Assembly: GCA_051530055.1 (NCBI GenBank)
Contig: CM121341.1
Coordinates: 17,276,784-17,340,783 of the forward strand
Direction: 5' to 3'
From: Neoechinorhynchus agilis
Taxonomy: Eukaryota; Animalia; Acanthocephala
Length of the DNA: 64,000 nt
Shown: positions 51,151 through 63,531 of the stretch, in pieces
Layout of the letters: every line of letters begins with the position of its first letter
How positions within the stretch are numbered: position 1 is the first letter of the stretch
Notes under the pieces: model-generated
Databases searched by the model: none
What the model was told of the DNA's origin: nothing
Seen by the model: only the letters and a program-made list of their open reading frames with translations
Made by a program: the position numbers and the translations under genes

Positions 51151-52710
51151 TCGAAGTGCCCATAGCAATCGGAACCTCTGCCCTGCCTCAAATTGCAGCT
51201 TTTGCTCCATATCAGACACCACACAATATTTTACCGCCGATACTCCCCTTAGTTTCGTCATACGAAGCACTACAGCATCTCAAGAAATTACCTCGAAATC
51301 CTTTCCCTCAATCTGAAATCCCAAACTGGGCTCTTGTCTACATCATCCTGGAACCATAGATCCTTTTCCCCTCATTGCAAATCTCAGCTTATTATATAGC
51401 ATCCTCCCCTCACGTCTGAAAACTGCTAAAGTGGTTCTTCCGAAAAACGGACATCCGATATTCACCGAATCATTCCGTCCAATTTCCATTCTGTCCGCTC
51501 TTTCTAAAATAATCGAAAAATGTCTTAAAACTTGCCTTTTTCCACTTTGCAACAACAAATTATCGCCCCTACAATTCAGGTTCCGGTCCAAATTGTTTTG
51601 CAGCTGATGCCCTACTTTGCATTTATGACACGTTTCTACGCAACCTCGACAATAATCTCTCCCACTTCACCCGTCTCATTTAACTGGATTTATCGAAAGC
51701 ATTCGACTCCGTATACAACTCGCTACTTCTTCAGGCATGTTATGATTTCGGTCTAAACTCGTGGCAGATCAACTGACTGGCCTCTTATCTTCACAATCGC
51801 AAACAATACATTCACTGCCGTTCTACCTCAATCAGCCTATCCTCACCAAAGGAGTACCTCAAGGTGCCGTATTTTCACCATATTTTCCTAAATGACCCCA
51901 AACATTTCTCCTTGCCGACGATCTCACCCTCATCACTCAATCACTACCCCACCTCCCCATTTCCTTAACCTCCAACGAGATCACACACATAAACGATTTT
52001 TGCAACAATCACAAAGTCCACTTGAATTTCTCTAAATGCTTCGAAATGATCCCTTCATTCTCCCACAACCCCACATTCTCCCACAACCCCACATTCTCCC
52101 ACAACCCCACATTCTCCCACAACCCCACATTCTCCCCCGAGCTTCTAAACGACATCATATGAGTCACTTCCCTAAGAATTCTGAGTCTCCAATTTTAATC
52201 AAATTTGAAATGGGACTCGCACATTATTCCTTCCATCAAACGCAATACCTTTAAAATTTATCTTCTCAAACCCCTCCGACATTTATTACTCCTTTCAACC
52301 GATCTCTCCAAATTTTATTACAGCTCCCATCTTTTGCAACCTTTCCAAATCACAAATTCGTCGTCTTTAAATGTTTCATAAAAGAGCATCTAAAATTTGC
52401 ACAGTTGATTTTTCTCTCTCCGAATGCCTTGATACTATTTTCATAAAACAAACAAAACGTCCCTCAACCCTACCACAAAAATTTTAACCACATTTTATTC
52501 CCCTTTTCATACGAGCACAAAACTTGTAATCCTAATTCGTTTTATCCTCCCCCTCTATCTACGCTCCTTTTTCCATGCTGTCCAATCTTTTCGGATGTCA
52601 TAATCTGAAATGGACATGATGAAAATACAACCTCACAAGCTCTCCTGTAAACCATAACCACCCGAACGAATCCGCATTCCCTAACAAGCAAATAAACGTG
52701 TTATTATTCA
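51150..52710 (+). pseudogene. Degenerate LINE (CR1/L2/Jockey-like) reverse transcriptase remnant
   Basis: C-rich strand with LKTAKVV..PK, FRPISILSALSKIIEK, QFRFR, LDLSKAFDSV, KGVPQG, LADDL; multiple stops and frameshifts. The end coordinate is approximate. Confidence 0.85.
52056..52137 (+). repeat. 18-bp minisatellite (CATTCTCCCACAACCCCA), 4.5 copies
   Basis: Perfect tandem units inside the LINE remnant (reads PQPHIL four times). Confidence 0.95.
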
Positions 52711-53248
52711 GGAATGATTAGGCGAGGTTACCTCGTCAAATATTTCAAATAAATAAAATATGTCATGGCAGGAAGTTCGCTAACCACAATCCAAATTTGA
52801 TTATCCCGAAGGATTTTATATCGAATTCACGGTATGCATAGTGCCCTAGTTCCGCAAGGTTATTATTGTTTGCATAATATTGATGATGTCCACAGAATTC
52901 TTGGTATGCATTATAATCACAGTACTCATCGTATACAGTTTTCGTTGTTAGCTTTACATTTTTGCGCTTAATTCGGTACTTATTTTTATATGAACGGATG
53001 GGTACTCTTGGTTATTTATTGTACGAAAGGAAAAGTTTAAATGTTACGAAATGTTCGCTAAACTCAAATCATCAGAATTAAACAACTGATTTCTTACGCG
53101 GGGATTTATATTTATGCACATTCTCCGAGTTCATATTGTTGTAATTAGGAAATCAAGGTTCAAAATGTTATTCTCGATAAGACTGAACGTTCACACATAA
53201 AGTTTTATTGTTCAGCTTTTCTTTTTGTAAATTTACAACGCTTAAAGT

Positions 53249-54010
53249 TCAACTCACAGCTAAGGAGATAATATAGGTTATGTATAAGAGTGTGCTGGCG
53301 ATGAGCAAAAAAGTACTTGTGCCGGTGAAGAGGTACTTGTACTGGATTTTAAGATACCAAATGAGGCCAATGAACAACGCGATTAATGGACGGAACGCAA
53401 ATGTACAAATAGAAAAAGTTAATGACTCTTCTTGATTTTGTCTATCCATTTGTTCTTCTTCTACAATCGGTTGATGAACTTGGCAATGAATAATCGAACC
53501 TGTTTCGATTCCATAAGAGTTCACGGTTTGATCGTCACGCAGTAATTGTCCCCGGTATATAAACCGAACGAGGTTACCAGCACTTACTTCGTGTTCGAAT
53601 TGTCGTCGTTTCACGGAAGATATAAGTTCATTGGAATTTAATACAACACTCTGATCGTTTCCGCTCTCTACAAGTCGAAAAGTTACGAGAATGTTTTCGC
53701 CTCTTCGTCGAGCATTGTTAAGTTCAACTAGCGGTGATGGTACTTGTTCGCTCACCTCATGTTCTTCAGGTGATATCTCTCCTCTTGACAACAGATCGAT
53801 TGTTCGCCGATCAATTTCACGCTCGTCCATGTTCGCAACGCTGTCTACAACTGAACCGGTCGATGTTCGGGTAGAAATCCAACTGAGAGCTATTAATAAC
53901 AAAACAATGGCTGTTAAGGAAAGAGTCTCTGTGCTTAGTAATCCCGATAGCGTTTGTGAATCAAATGATAAAAATGAGTCGAATACAGAAAGTACAATTT
54001 TTGATATCAT
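53249..54010 (-). CDS. TMUB: Transmembrane and ubiquitin-like domain protein, single exon
   Basis: N-terminal TM segment, Ubl domain (VKRRQF...VRFIYRGQLLRDDQTVNSYGIETGSIIHCQV), two C-terminal TM segments (GLIWYLKIQYKYLFTGTST). Confidence 0.85.
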   Translation of the reverse strand: MISKIVLSVFDSFLSFDSQTLSGLLSTETLSLTAIVLLLIALSWISTRTSTGSVVDSVANMDEREIDRRTIDLLSRGEISPEEHEVSEQVPSPLVELNNARRRGENILVTFRLVESGNDQSVVLNSNELISSVKRRQFEHEVSAGNLVRFIYRGQLLRDDQTVNSYGIETGSIIHCQVHQPIVEEEQMDRQNQEESLTFSICTFAFRPLIALFIGLIWYLKIQYKYLFTGTSTFLLIASTLLYITYIISLAVS

Positions 54011-57000
54011 GCAAATTGCATCTATCTAAAATAGCGACCATAGGAATGAAGAAATATAGAACGCAATGGTACTTTAGAACAGCCTTTTTACGTGTCTAGA
54101 CAGTCCACTCGTACTGACGATATGTCTAGAATAAAATGAGGGTGCCTAAGCGTAGTGAGTCATCTAATGGACTAAAAAAATCCGATTTCAAAGCATCTAA
54201 GGCGAGGGACGAAAAGAATTAAAAAATTAAGACATTTAAGTGCCAAATTATTAGTTTTTAGCTTGTTCCCTTTTGTCTGATGAAGCTATGATACGAACGG
54301 TGAATCGAGGATCATAAACAGATTTAATTCATACAAAAACTAAGCTAAATAGGTTTACTATGCAAAAATACTCACTCCAAATCTACGCAAAATATAGCGC
54401 TCAAGTTTTTTGGACTTGTATGTTGAATTAATTCCGCGTTATTGTCATTCTCCGCTGTTCAAATAAATTCCTTGGATACATGTTTTAACCACAATCTAAG
54501 ATTCTATATTTGAATTTATGACCAAACCAAAAACCGTGGAATGCATATTCTCCAGATCGGAATGCAGACCTACTCAACTGCTGTTGCTAGAAAAGAAATG
54601 TAGACCTTGCAGCGAAAAAAACGAAGGTGTGCAACAGGGCACAGAGATAAAATGAGTTATTATTTTCAACAATAAAGCTAAAATTATGTAATTCTACCCA
54701 AAATTTTGCTTCTCTTAAAACACTTTCCCGCATGTTAGAACTTTGATATCTTTAGCATAGCTTTAAAAACTAAATAACCAATATTGGGTTTTCGGTTATC
54801 CTCAAAAAATTTCGTATCCGAATGGTGTCCGATCCCAATTAATGGGGATAAACAACGTTCTACTCTAGTTGTTGGAGTATTTACATAGTAGCTTATGTGT
54901 GTCCAAAGAAATGGAAAAAACAATTTTCTATTGACGTTATAAGGTCCAAATGAATAAACTTGAAAAATACAAATGATTCTGGGCCAAGTGCCGAGCATTT
55001 CGGTAGACAACGTTTTTACGATCTTAGATGTTCTTCGTTTGAACAAACGTTGTCACCTTTTCTAGGGAACACTGCTAGAGAGGAAAACGAAATGAACATT
55101 GACAGTAACATTCAGGCACTTTCAAAAAAAAGTAATCATGATCAAATTATAGAGCATTGCCGAGGAAAGAGTTTTGGCGATCTTTAACTTTTCTGGTTGC
55201 ATCCTCAGGAAGTTCAGGCCACGGAGTTTGCAAGACAAAGGGCACAAAACTTCACCAGATCGAATTATATCTTTTGTATCAAAGACCCATTGTATTAAAA
55301 GCAAAAGTGATGCGTAACAAAAGAGAGAGAGCACACCTTGTCGCTTGTAGTAACATTTATAAGTCTCTAGAAAAGGGTATTTTACAATTGTAAACCACGA
55401 GAGAGAGCAAACGTTCATTAGAAACAATCAAACGTTCAATATGTTGCTCACTCTTATAGGAAGCGATCCTTACAAGACGTAGATGCTGATATTCAGCAAC
55501 AGAGAACAAGAGAACCTACCTCCTCATAATTTTCACCGCTTGGCTGTGCACAAAGAAAGTGAACGATGTGCAGCATTCAATCTACGCTTCGTAGGGACCG
55601 AGAGAGATCCTCTTAGTTAAAGTAACATGTTATAACTTCGACTGTTTGCACTGCTAGAAAGTGAAGCCGTTTATTGGATCATTAGTGCAATTTCATATTT
55701 TTGGGACAAGTAAAACATTGAAGTAGTAGAGAATTTACAATCTTTTCAAAAAGCATTTTAATGGTATTACAAAATAAAAAAAAGTACAAAATGCGGCACG
55801 CTATTTTGGGTCTACGAAATAGTATAGTAACAATCGTAGTTAATAGCATCTCTTTTGCTTAGAGGCAGGAATAAGAAGAGTAGGAAAAATAGAATGTTTG
55901 CGCTGCGCACTAAGAAAATCGATCGAAACAACTCTTTGTTAAATCAGCTACATAAAATCTATCAGTAATTTAGTATTACAAAATGCATCAATTATTCCTC
56001 ATAAAACAGAATGAACGAAATCAACATAAGACATCATTGTTTTCAATAATGTATTTGGTGTTTTCCCCACAAAAAAGCTTGACTAGTTTGTGTTTAAAAG
56101 GCAAATGGCAGATTACGCACAAAGCACAATAAAATAAAGAAATATGAGACGAATTGCATTTTGAATTTAACAGCAAAGATTTTAAAGCATGAAATCCAAT
56201 ACATTTTAACAGATTGGCATGAATCGTATTTAGATATTAGTTAGATGAGCTCTTACAAATTTTAGAAATTGCGAAATTCACAGATTTGTACTTGGTGCTG
56301 TGTGGAGCAACGAACGGTTCCACCTCATGAGAATACGATCTAATACAGCGTAATGGAAAGATAGTTACTTCCCATATTAACACATTAGAAGAATTGATTC
56401 TTCAAAGATACATTTGCATGAAATTATGAAAATAACGTTATGCTTTTCTAATCTCATCGACGGAATGAAATAATGGTGATTTTTCCATTGATTATTTGAC
56501 TCCCGAGGTGCACAAAATAATCAGTTGTCCAAGAGACCCAGACGAATATATGACGATCCGCGGGACGGGAAAAATTATCCAGATCGGTTGAGTGCATGTT
56601 TATAAACTCTTTTTGTTCAAAAAATAAAGAAATACGAATATCTAGATCCTGTTCAGAAAAGGGATAATTTGATAATTAACTAAGTTTTAGTAAAATAAAA
56701 ACCATAGAACATTGTATTGAAAGAGATTGAACTTACATTGAACACTAGACGTAATCTTGTTTTTCTTGCAAGTATAAAGACGTCAACCGCTACTCATGAG
56801 AACATTTGGTGCGCATAGATATTTATGTTCGCCGAGCACATTTGTTATAATACATCGATGAAAGAGTCAAACACTAGAGTGATTGATCGAAAATCATTCT
56901 TATTTTACAAGTAAATTACACTCAGAAAAAGATGGTTTCAACGGACTAAAACGAAACTGGAGTGCTTTAACCAACGACAATGGAGAAAAATAAGTTTTAT

Positions 57001-57747
57001 GTGCAATCTTAAATACAAACCCGTTGCGAAGACAGAGAAATTCAGTTTAGCATTTTATTGAAGCGCCCAATGAAAAAGAGTTATTTTTTAACATTTGAAA
57101 GGAAACATGAATATTATTAATTTAAAAATGAATTGCAAGGGTGAATTTCAAAAATTGTAAGATAGTTTTGTTTACTCACGAAGGAATAGACTGGATCAAT
57201 AAACTTTTCAAGAAAGTCCAGAAATTACTGTTATGGTCCGACGAAGATAATCAGTCGCTAAGATGGGAAATAGCGACTTAATCTTCAAATGCACACTTAA
57301 AATGTCATTCACCGCGCGGCGGTTGATGGAAAAGTGGAAAAGTAACCCGCAAAAGTGCTCAAAAATCACATTATGCAAATCGAATTGTTTGAAGACGGTA
57401 AAATCAGCATTCAAATTAGTTTGCTTTTCACGAGGCAACACACAAGGGCATTTTTGAAAATTGAACAAATTGTGAAAAACCACATAAATAATCGTCAGTT
57501 TGGTATTCGTCCACAATTTGGACGATGCTTTCTAGAGAAAATTAAGTAATCAATATCAAAATTGGCCAGCGACCAAAGTATAAAGTTAAGTTGCCATTTC
57601 AATCACAAATACGATTTTGTACTACTTACTTTCCCGTAGAAACCCAAGACATTACGTCACTGTTATTTCAGTGTTTCCATTGGACGATGCCAGAAGAATC
57701 GCCTATTGCATTGGTCAGCAAAATTACGATCATCATTGGGATCACTG

Positions 57748-59664
57748 ATGCTCAATTCCGTAAAGACCAAGAAGGACAAACTCGACCAATTTTACCAAAA
57801 ACTCGTATGTACGTTCCCTGAGTTTTCGAAATCGCTGAGTCCGGCGGATTTAAAGCAGTTAAACGTAAGTTTAGTTCTTCAAAATATGTAATTCGTTCGC
57901 TTAAACAGCCAAGTGCTCTTGTGCGAATATATCGGTGTTTTGCAAGAGTAATTTTGAATTTGAATGCGTCCAATAGAGTAAAAGCAAATGCCGGTGATTT
58001 AATTGTGGACTTGGACCACAAACTCGCTAGATTGGATCGATTTGGAAAGGCATTGACGATGTTCGGCGAGTACGTGATCATGTGAGTTTTTAGTGTGCAG
58101 CTTCGAAAATATTCATGTAATTTCTGAGCAAAAAAGAAAAGAAGCCGTAAAAATCGTTGGCATTGAAGATTTTTCGATTGGTGATATTGAACAACCAGGT
58201 AAGCCTACTAGAATTCTTTGTCTATTTCTTACGGATATTCACGGGTGTTTGAAGATTGAGCTGTTGTTTTCTGCATGAAAAAAGATTAAAATGATTTAAA
58301 AATCCGATTGATTTCGGATGCACAATCTTGTACGCGTTGTGATCAAGGGGACACGAACTCACATATTTAAAAACCTACAAGCAACCTTGAACAAAACGTG
58401 TACTAGATTGCGAAATCAATCGGATTTTAAAATCATTTTAATTTTTCCGCCAAAAATTCGAATCTGAGGGAAGCTCGTGTTTATTTTCTTTTTATTCATA
58501 AGCTCTGATTGTTTGTCATTTGGAATAAAAAGAACCCTGCAATATTTCGTTTTCATGGACCGCAAAAGCATTAACCTTTTTTAAAGTTTTTCGAAGAACA
58601 ACAGATTTGTTTCAAAAACTGCTTGCCCTCATCGAAGTAACTGAGGAGATGGAATCTAAATTTGAGCAGCTTGAAAACGATAAGGTTCGCTAATGTACGT
58701 AGACCCAATAAAAAAAGTCGATATGTAAAGGCCGATAAAATATTAGAATGTGAATCCGCGGAGTCACAGCTTCAAGTGATCAATGCACAGATTGCGAAAC
58801 AAACTCGGTTGGACATGGAATTGACTTCAACAGTGACAAAAATGCAGTTCGAAAACATCGATCAGTTGAATGAGGAAATTCTGGAACTCGTAAAAACGGC
58901 TGAAAAACTCGAAGGCCATATTCTTAGTGCTGATAACGAGATTGGCCTTGTTGAGGAAATGTGTGAGAAGAAACGAAGTCAGTGTGAATTATTGATGAAG
59001 ATCGCCAAATACAATCCGGATCAGTTAGTGGAAGACGTCAAACGAATTGAGGAACAAAGGATTGATTTGGAAGGCCATGTTAACTCTAAACGGCAATATC
59101 TTTGGGGCATGCAAAACACGCGAAAAGAGCGGGAAAAGGTTGCTGAGATTTTAGAAAGTGTGATTGAGCAACTTGCGAGGACAAATTCTGACTTAAAGGT
59201 GCGTTCTAGATTACATGCGAGGAATGTCTCGTTGGAAGAACGAGAACGGATGTTGATTATAAAACTGAATGCTGATCGGGAACGACTGAATGGTCTTAAA
59301 GAAACGGCCACGAATTTGAACAGAAATTTGTATAAGCACGCAAAAACAAAGCAAAAGAGACGAACGGGCGAGGATGCTAAAAAGTAAGTGTCGCGACTTT
59401 TTTTTGTATTTATGAAAAAATGTTTTAAGGACTTTAAATAAGCTAAAAAAGGAACAGTGCTTACAGGATAAGTTTATCGAAGAGTTAAAACAGTCTTTAA
59501 GTGAAGTAAATGATGAAGAAAAACGCATTTGTAAGGAATTGGAAGACCTAGCGAAAAGTCATAATGAAGATGTTGAGCAATTTAATAGCGAGATGAAAGC
59601 ATGCGATGAAGAGCTTTGTGGAATACTTGATGAGTTAGGAAAGATCGTTTGCAAATTGACATGA
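57748..59664 (+). CDS. NUF2: Kinetochore protein Nuf2-like (CH domain plus long coiled coil)
   Basis: Spliced by hand (introns of 44, 55, about 330, 46 and about 46 nt). LSPADLKQLNPSALVRIYRCF and KIVGIEDFSIGDIEQP resemble Nuf2 CH motifs, followed by ALTFFKVFR and over 250 aa of coiled coil; stop at 59662-59664. Confidence 0.65.
58278..58447. repeat. Fold-back element, about 65-bp imperfect arms, in a NUF2 intron
   Basis: attaaaatgatttaaaaatccgattgatttcg...caatcttgtacgcgttgtgatcaagg mirrored by ccttgaacaaaacgtgtactagattgcgaaatcaatcggattttaaaatcattttaat. Confidence 0.85.
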
Positions 59665-60231
59665 GCGGGAGTATACTGTTGGATTTTATAAAGTTAGAGT
59701 TTTTTAAAAGAGGGTTCTATATAAGATTAGAGTCTGTTCATTTTTAAAGCGAATGTAACTACGTATTGTTGTCTAAAAAATGGATAGGAAAACCATGGAT
59801 TCGATGTGGACAATTAAAATAAGTTGATTTTAACAAAAGTAGTATATGAACATACGGAAATGGAAGTTATTCTTTGTTACCAATGATTAAACGATCTTTA
59901 AATACTGATTTTACGCATTGTTTACAATCTCATTGTCTAGAAAATATACTTTTTATTTAAGACTTCAGTGCCATTTTAATGCAATAAAATTCTGTGTTTA
60001 AAATTATTTCAGCAATTCGATTTTAGATCCAAAAACTATTAATTTAACGCAAAATTTCAGTTCTTTAAAAAATAGAAAAGTATCTGAAAATTTGATTAAT
60101 GAATCCCGATTTTGAATTCTAATCGATCAAAACGTAAGATAATTAAGAATTAAAGATATCAAACTGTGAAAAATTAAGAGAAACGAATCGAAATATTCTG
60201 TATGGTCCAAATACAAAATGTGTTTCAACAA

Positions 60232-61964
60232 TCAATGTCGTTTCGGTATTTCACCATTGTCCTTCTTTTTCTTCTTACCTCTGGATTTCGAAGCATGGAC
60301 ATTCCGTTCGCTTGACAAATCTGCTGTTGCTTTATCGACTGGTTCCAATTCTTCGATTGTTTCTCGCTTCTTTCTACGGGTTTTTCCCACTTTACTATCA
60401 TTAATCACCTCCACGTTTTTTAAGCTTTTTGTCTTTTTTCCTTCGTCGATTGAATTATCCATATATGTCTGTTGCGATCGTTTTCGTGCCTTCTTTAGAC
60501 CATCTTTAACATTGACAATGTTCTTTTTGTTATTCATAGTATCCTTTCTACTCGATTTCTTTTTAAGCTTCTGATTTCGAGCTTCTCCATTCTTCTTTTT
60601 AGACTTGCCCGCATCCACTGTATTTGCTTCATTCTTACTAACTTCGTCTATTTTTCTCAATTTCGCAACGAAAAACCCGTCCATATTGTGTTTATGAGGA
60701 TAGAATCGTCTACATCTACTCAAAGATGGATGAAATCTATGTTCTCTGAATTTGGTGAATCCGTTTACGCCAAACAACAGCCCAGTTTCCACGACCTCGA
60801 CTTTTCGGTTCCTAAGAGCATAATCAATGACCGCTTCGTTCTCTTCAACGAGTATGGAGCAAGTGGAATACACAACGATCCCTCCAATGGTTGATCGATG
60901 ATTTACGGCGTCAATTGCACTTAACAAAAGTTGCCGTTGAATGGTCGAGCAACGTTGGACGTCTAGTTGTGATTTTGAGCATTTTGCGGAAGGATCTCTT
61001 GAAAGAACGCCCGTTCCAGTGCATGGAGCGTCAACTATGACCTTTTTGGTTTAGCAGAGATCATTTAGAATGATAACGCATTGAACGTCTAAACAATTAC
61101 TCAAAACTCCATTGACAGTCTATTCTGCGATTAGGTGAAAGTTAAACCCTAGTAATCTACTAACCAAAAGTGGCCATTTCATAAACACTTGTCGAAGTTC
61201 TTCATATGAGTACAGATCTTCCTTCCGTCAACATTTGTTATGATCGTATTTACAATCCCCATTCGATGAACGTTTGAGAATACAGCCTTAAGACGATCGA
61301 CATTGCGGTCATTGGCAACCAGAATCCCCGCGTTCTTCATTAGAGCCGCGATGTGTGTGGTTTTGCCTCCAGGAGCCGCACAAAGATCAAGAATAAAATC
61401 GTTAGGTTGTGGAGACAGACTCAGAACTGGAAGGAGGCTTGAAGCCCCCTGAATGATGTAGTGTCCAGCCAAATACTCTGGAGTAGCTCCGATAGGAACT
61501 TGGGAATCAAACACAACAAGACCTTCGTTTGACCATCTTCCTACGGGATCAACATTTGCACCACGGCCAATGAGAGCCTGTGCGAGGTTTCGACGGTGAG
61601 TCTTAAGAGTATTCGTCCGGATCGTCATTGGCCGTTCGGATTCGCAGGCCTCCAGAAACTCTGCTGCTTCTGGCTTAGAGAAAAGCTCAAGGATTTTAGT
61701 CATGAGGAACTCATTGTATCCATAATGAGTCGCCGGATCAACTGGAAGAAGGTCATTTTGCTCATCGATCACATCGTCGGCGATGTCTTCGTCAATCTTC
61801 ACCATCTGAGGAGGCGACTGCGGCGGCGGCATATCCTCCGGCGGATCAACATGTTTTAACTTCTTTTTTAGTTTTATAGACTTCTTTGTCGATGATTTTA
61901 CTAGAGAAACATCTCCTTGGTGCCGTCTTTTGCGCGGAACCTTAGATCGCTTTGAAATCGACAT
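60232..61964 (-). CDS. NOP2: Nucleolar rRNA m5C methyltransferase, 2 exons (5' end uncertain)
   Basis: RTNTLKT, GATPEYLAGHYIIQG, LDLCAAPGGKT, motif IV DAPCTGTG, motif VI VVYSTCS, HNMDGFFVAKL, Lys-rich tail. Intron about 61188-61043. Confidence 0.93.
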
Positions 61965-62414
61965 TTGCGAGCTTCGAAATGCGATTTTGGTCTTCTTAGG
62001 ATATTTGAAGAAACTTTGCCCTCATTCTTTCGTATCAAGAGGATCTTAGGACGCGAAATGGACCTGAGGCCCAACGCAAGCATTCCTTCCCTCTTCGAGG
62101 CGGTTGAGTTAAGCAGAGACAACGGAGGCCGTCTACTAGTATGAAACTTTAACCTCCCGAATACGTTTGCTGAGAGCACCTTGTCTCTGGCAGTTTCAGG
62201 AACCCATGAAATTGTCAAAAGGGCGGCGATTCGTCGCTCCACATTTTCCAACCTCACGCGACTAAGATAATTGGTGCAGTCAGACTAATCACAGCGTTGA
62301 CAAAGAATCAGCTGTGCGATTCCAAAATGATGCAATGGCGAATAAAAATATACGTTAGGGGAGTATTTGTTACAAAACAAATGTCGAACATAAAATTGGA
62401 CGCGCAATATCCAA

Positions 62415-63531
62415 TCAATAATAGGCATTTAGAATTTGCAAGTTCAATATGTAAGATTTTCGCAGAAACATACATTGGAATCGGACTTTCGACGATTTGC
62501 AGTAAAATATGGTTTTTATACCTTTAAATAGTTCAATGCCTCGTTTATTTCGCACTTTTAGGATTCCTCCATTTGTAATCTGATATTTTCCAGCAATACT
62601 CACAGACTTAAACATTGGAAACCCCTCATTTAATGAAGACATTCAAATACAATAAAAAAATTAAGGTCAATTCTTAACTTCAATCCTCGCCGCCAGAATG
62701 TACAATCTCAGGCATTTAAACTCCCAAATATACATACACTTTTTCTTATTGAACTCGGTACTCATGTAAATCTGGGCGCCTTCATTTCTAAAGCATGATT
62801 TTTAAATGTCAGTAGCCTGTACGGTTCTCCATTATTCTCAAAATACATTTCCTTTATTTTCTCGAATCCGGCGGTATCTTGTACCGTGGCGTGCAAGTAA
62901 TAAACTCCTTTCACGCCACAAACAAGACGCTCTATACTGGTAAGAAATTCTTCATGGATCTTATTTTGACTATTCAATACAAGAACACAAATAATATCGT
63001 CTTTGCTTATTCTTCTCATCAATCGAAACAAACTCGCTGCGCATTTTAGTGGAAGACTGCAATCTGAATGGATGAGTCGAAGTCACGAAAACGTCTAGAT
63101 TTTTCTTACCTTTTATTGCACTTGCGCCGTCTTCTAAGTATGGGAAAGCGAGGTTTTTGTAGTTTAAAAATGAAGCGAGTGGCGAGCTGCCATTCATTTC
63201 CTTCACAACTCCACCATTCTCATAGTGTGAATCTTCATTATCATTTCCATTTTGAGGAGAGACTGAATCGATGACCTCTGCTGACAAATCCAAAAGGTCG
63301 CTGATTAAAATACTGACTGAAACAAAGATATTTTTTAAATGTTATAGTGAAATGAAGGACGCGATATTGTAACGTGTTAGCTTTTAAACTTTGAAACAAA
63401 ATTAGAAAAATACTAATAATGACGTCCTAGTTCTGCCCATAGAGATCCTGCAAATTAATATTCGATTCAAGGATGAAAATGTTATTAACAACATAATAAT
63501 TAAATTTACTTACATTGGGTGACCGACTCAT
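62415..63531 (-). CDS. Unidentified multi-exon protein
   Basis: ATG at 63531 (MSRSPN|gtaagt), ORFs 62970-63293 and 62762-63031 joined by a 46-nt GT-AG intron, further short exons down to about 62415. No domain recognised. Confidence 0.5.

Noticed and set aside
54735-57560. Short ORFs and coding-like patches between TMUB and NUF2
   Set aside because: No consistent frame, splice structure or recognisable motif; possibly decayed TE or small genes.
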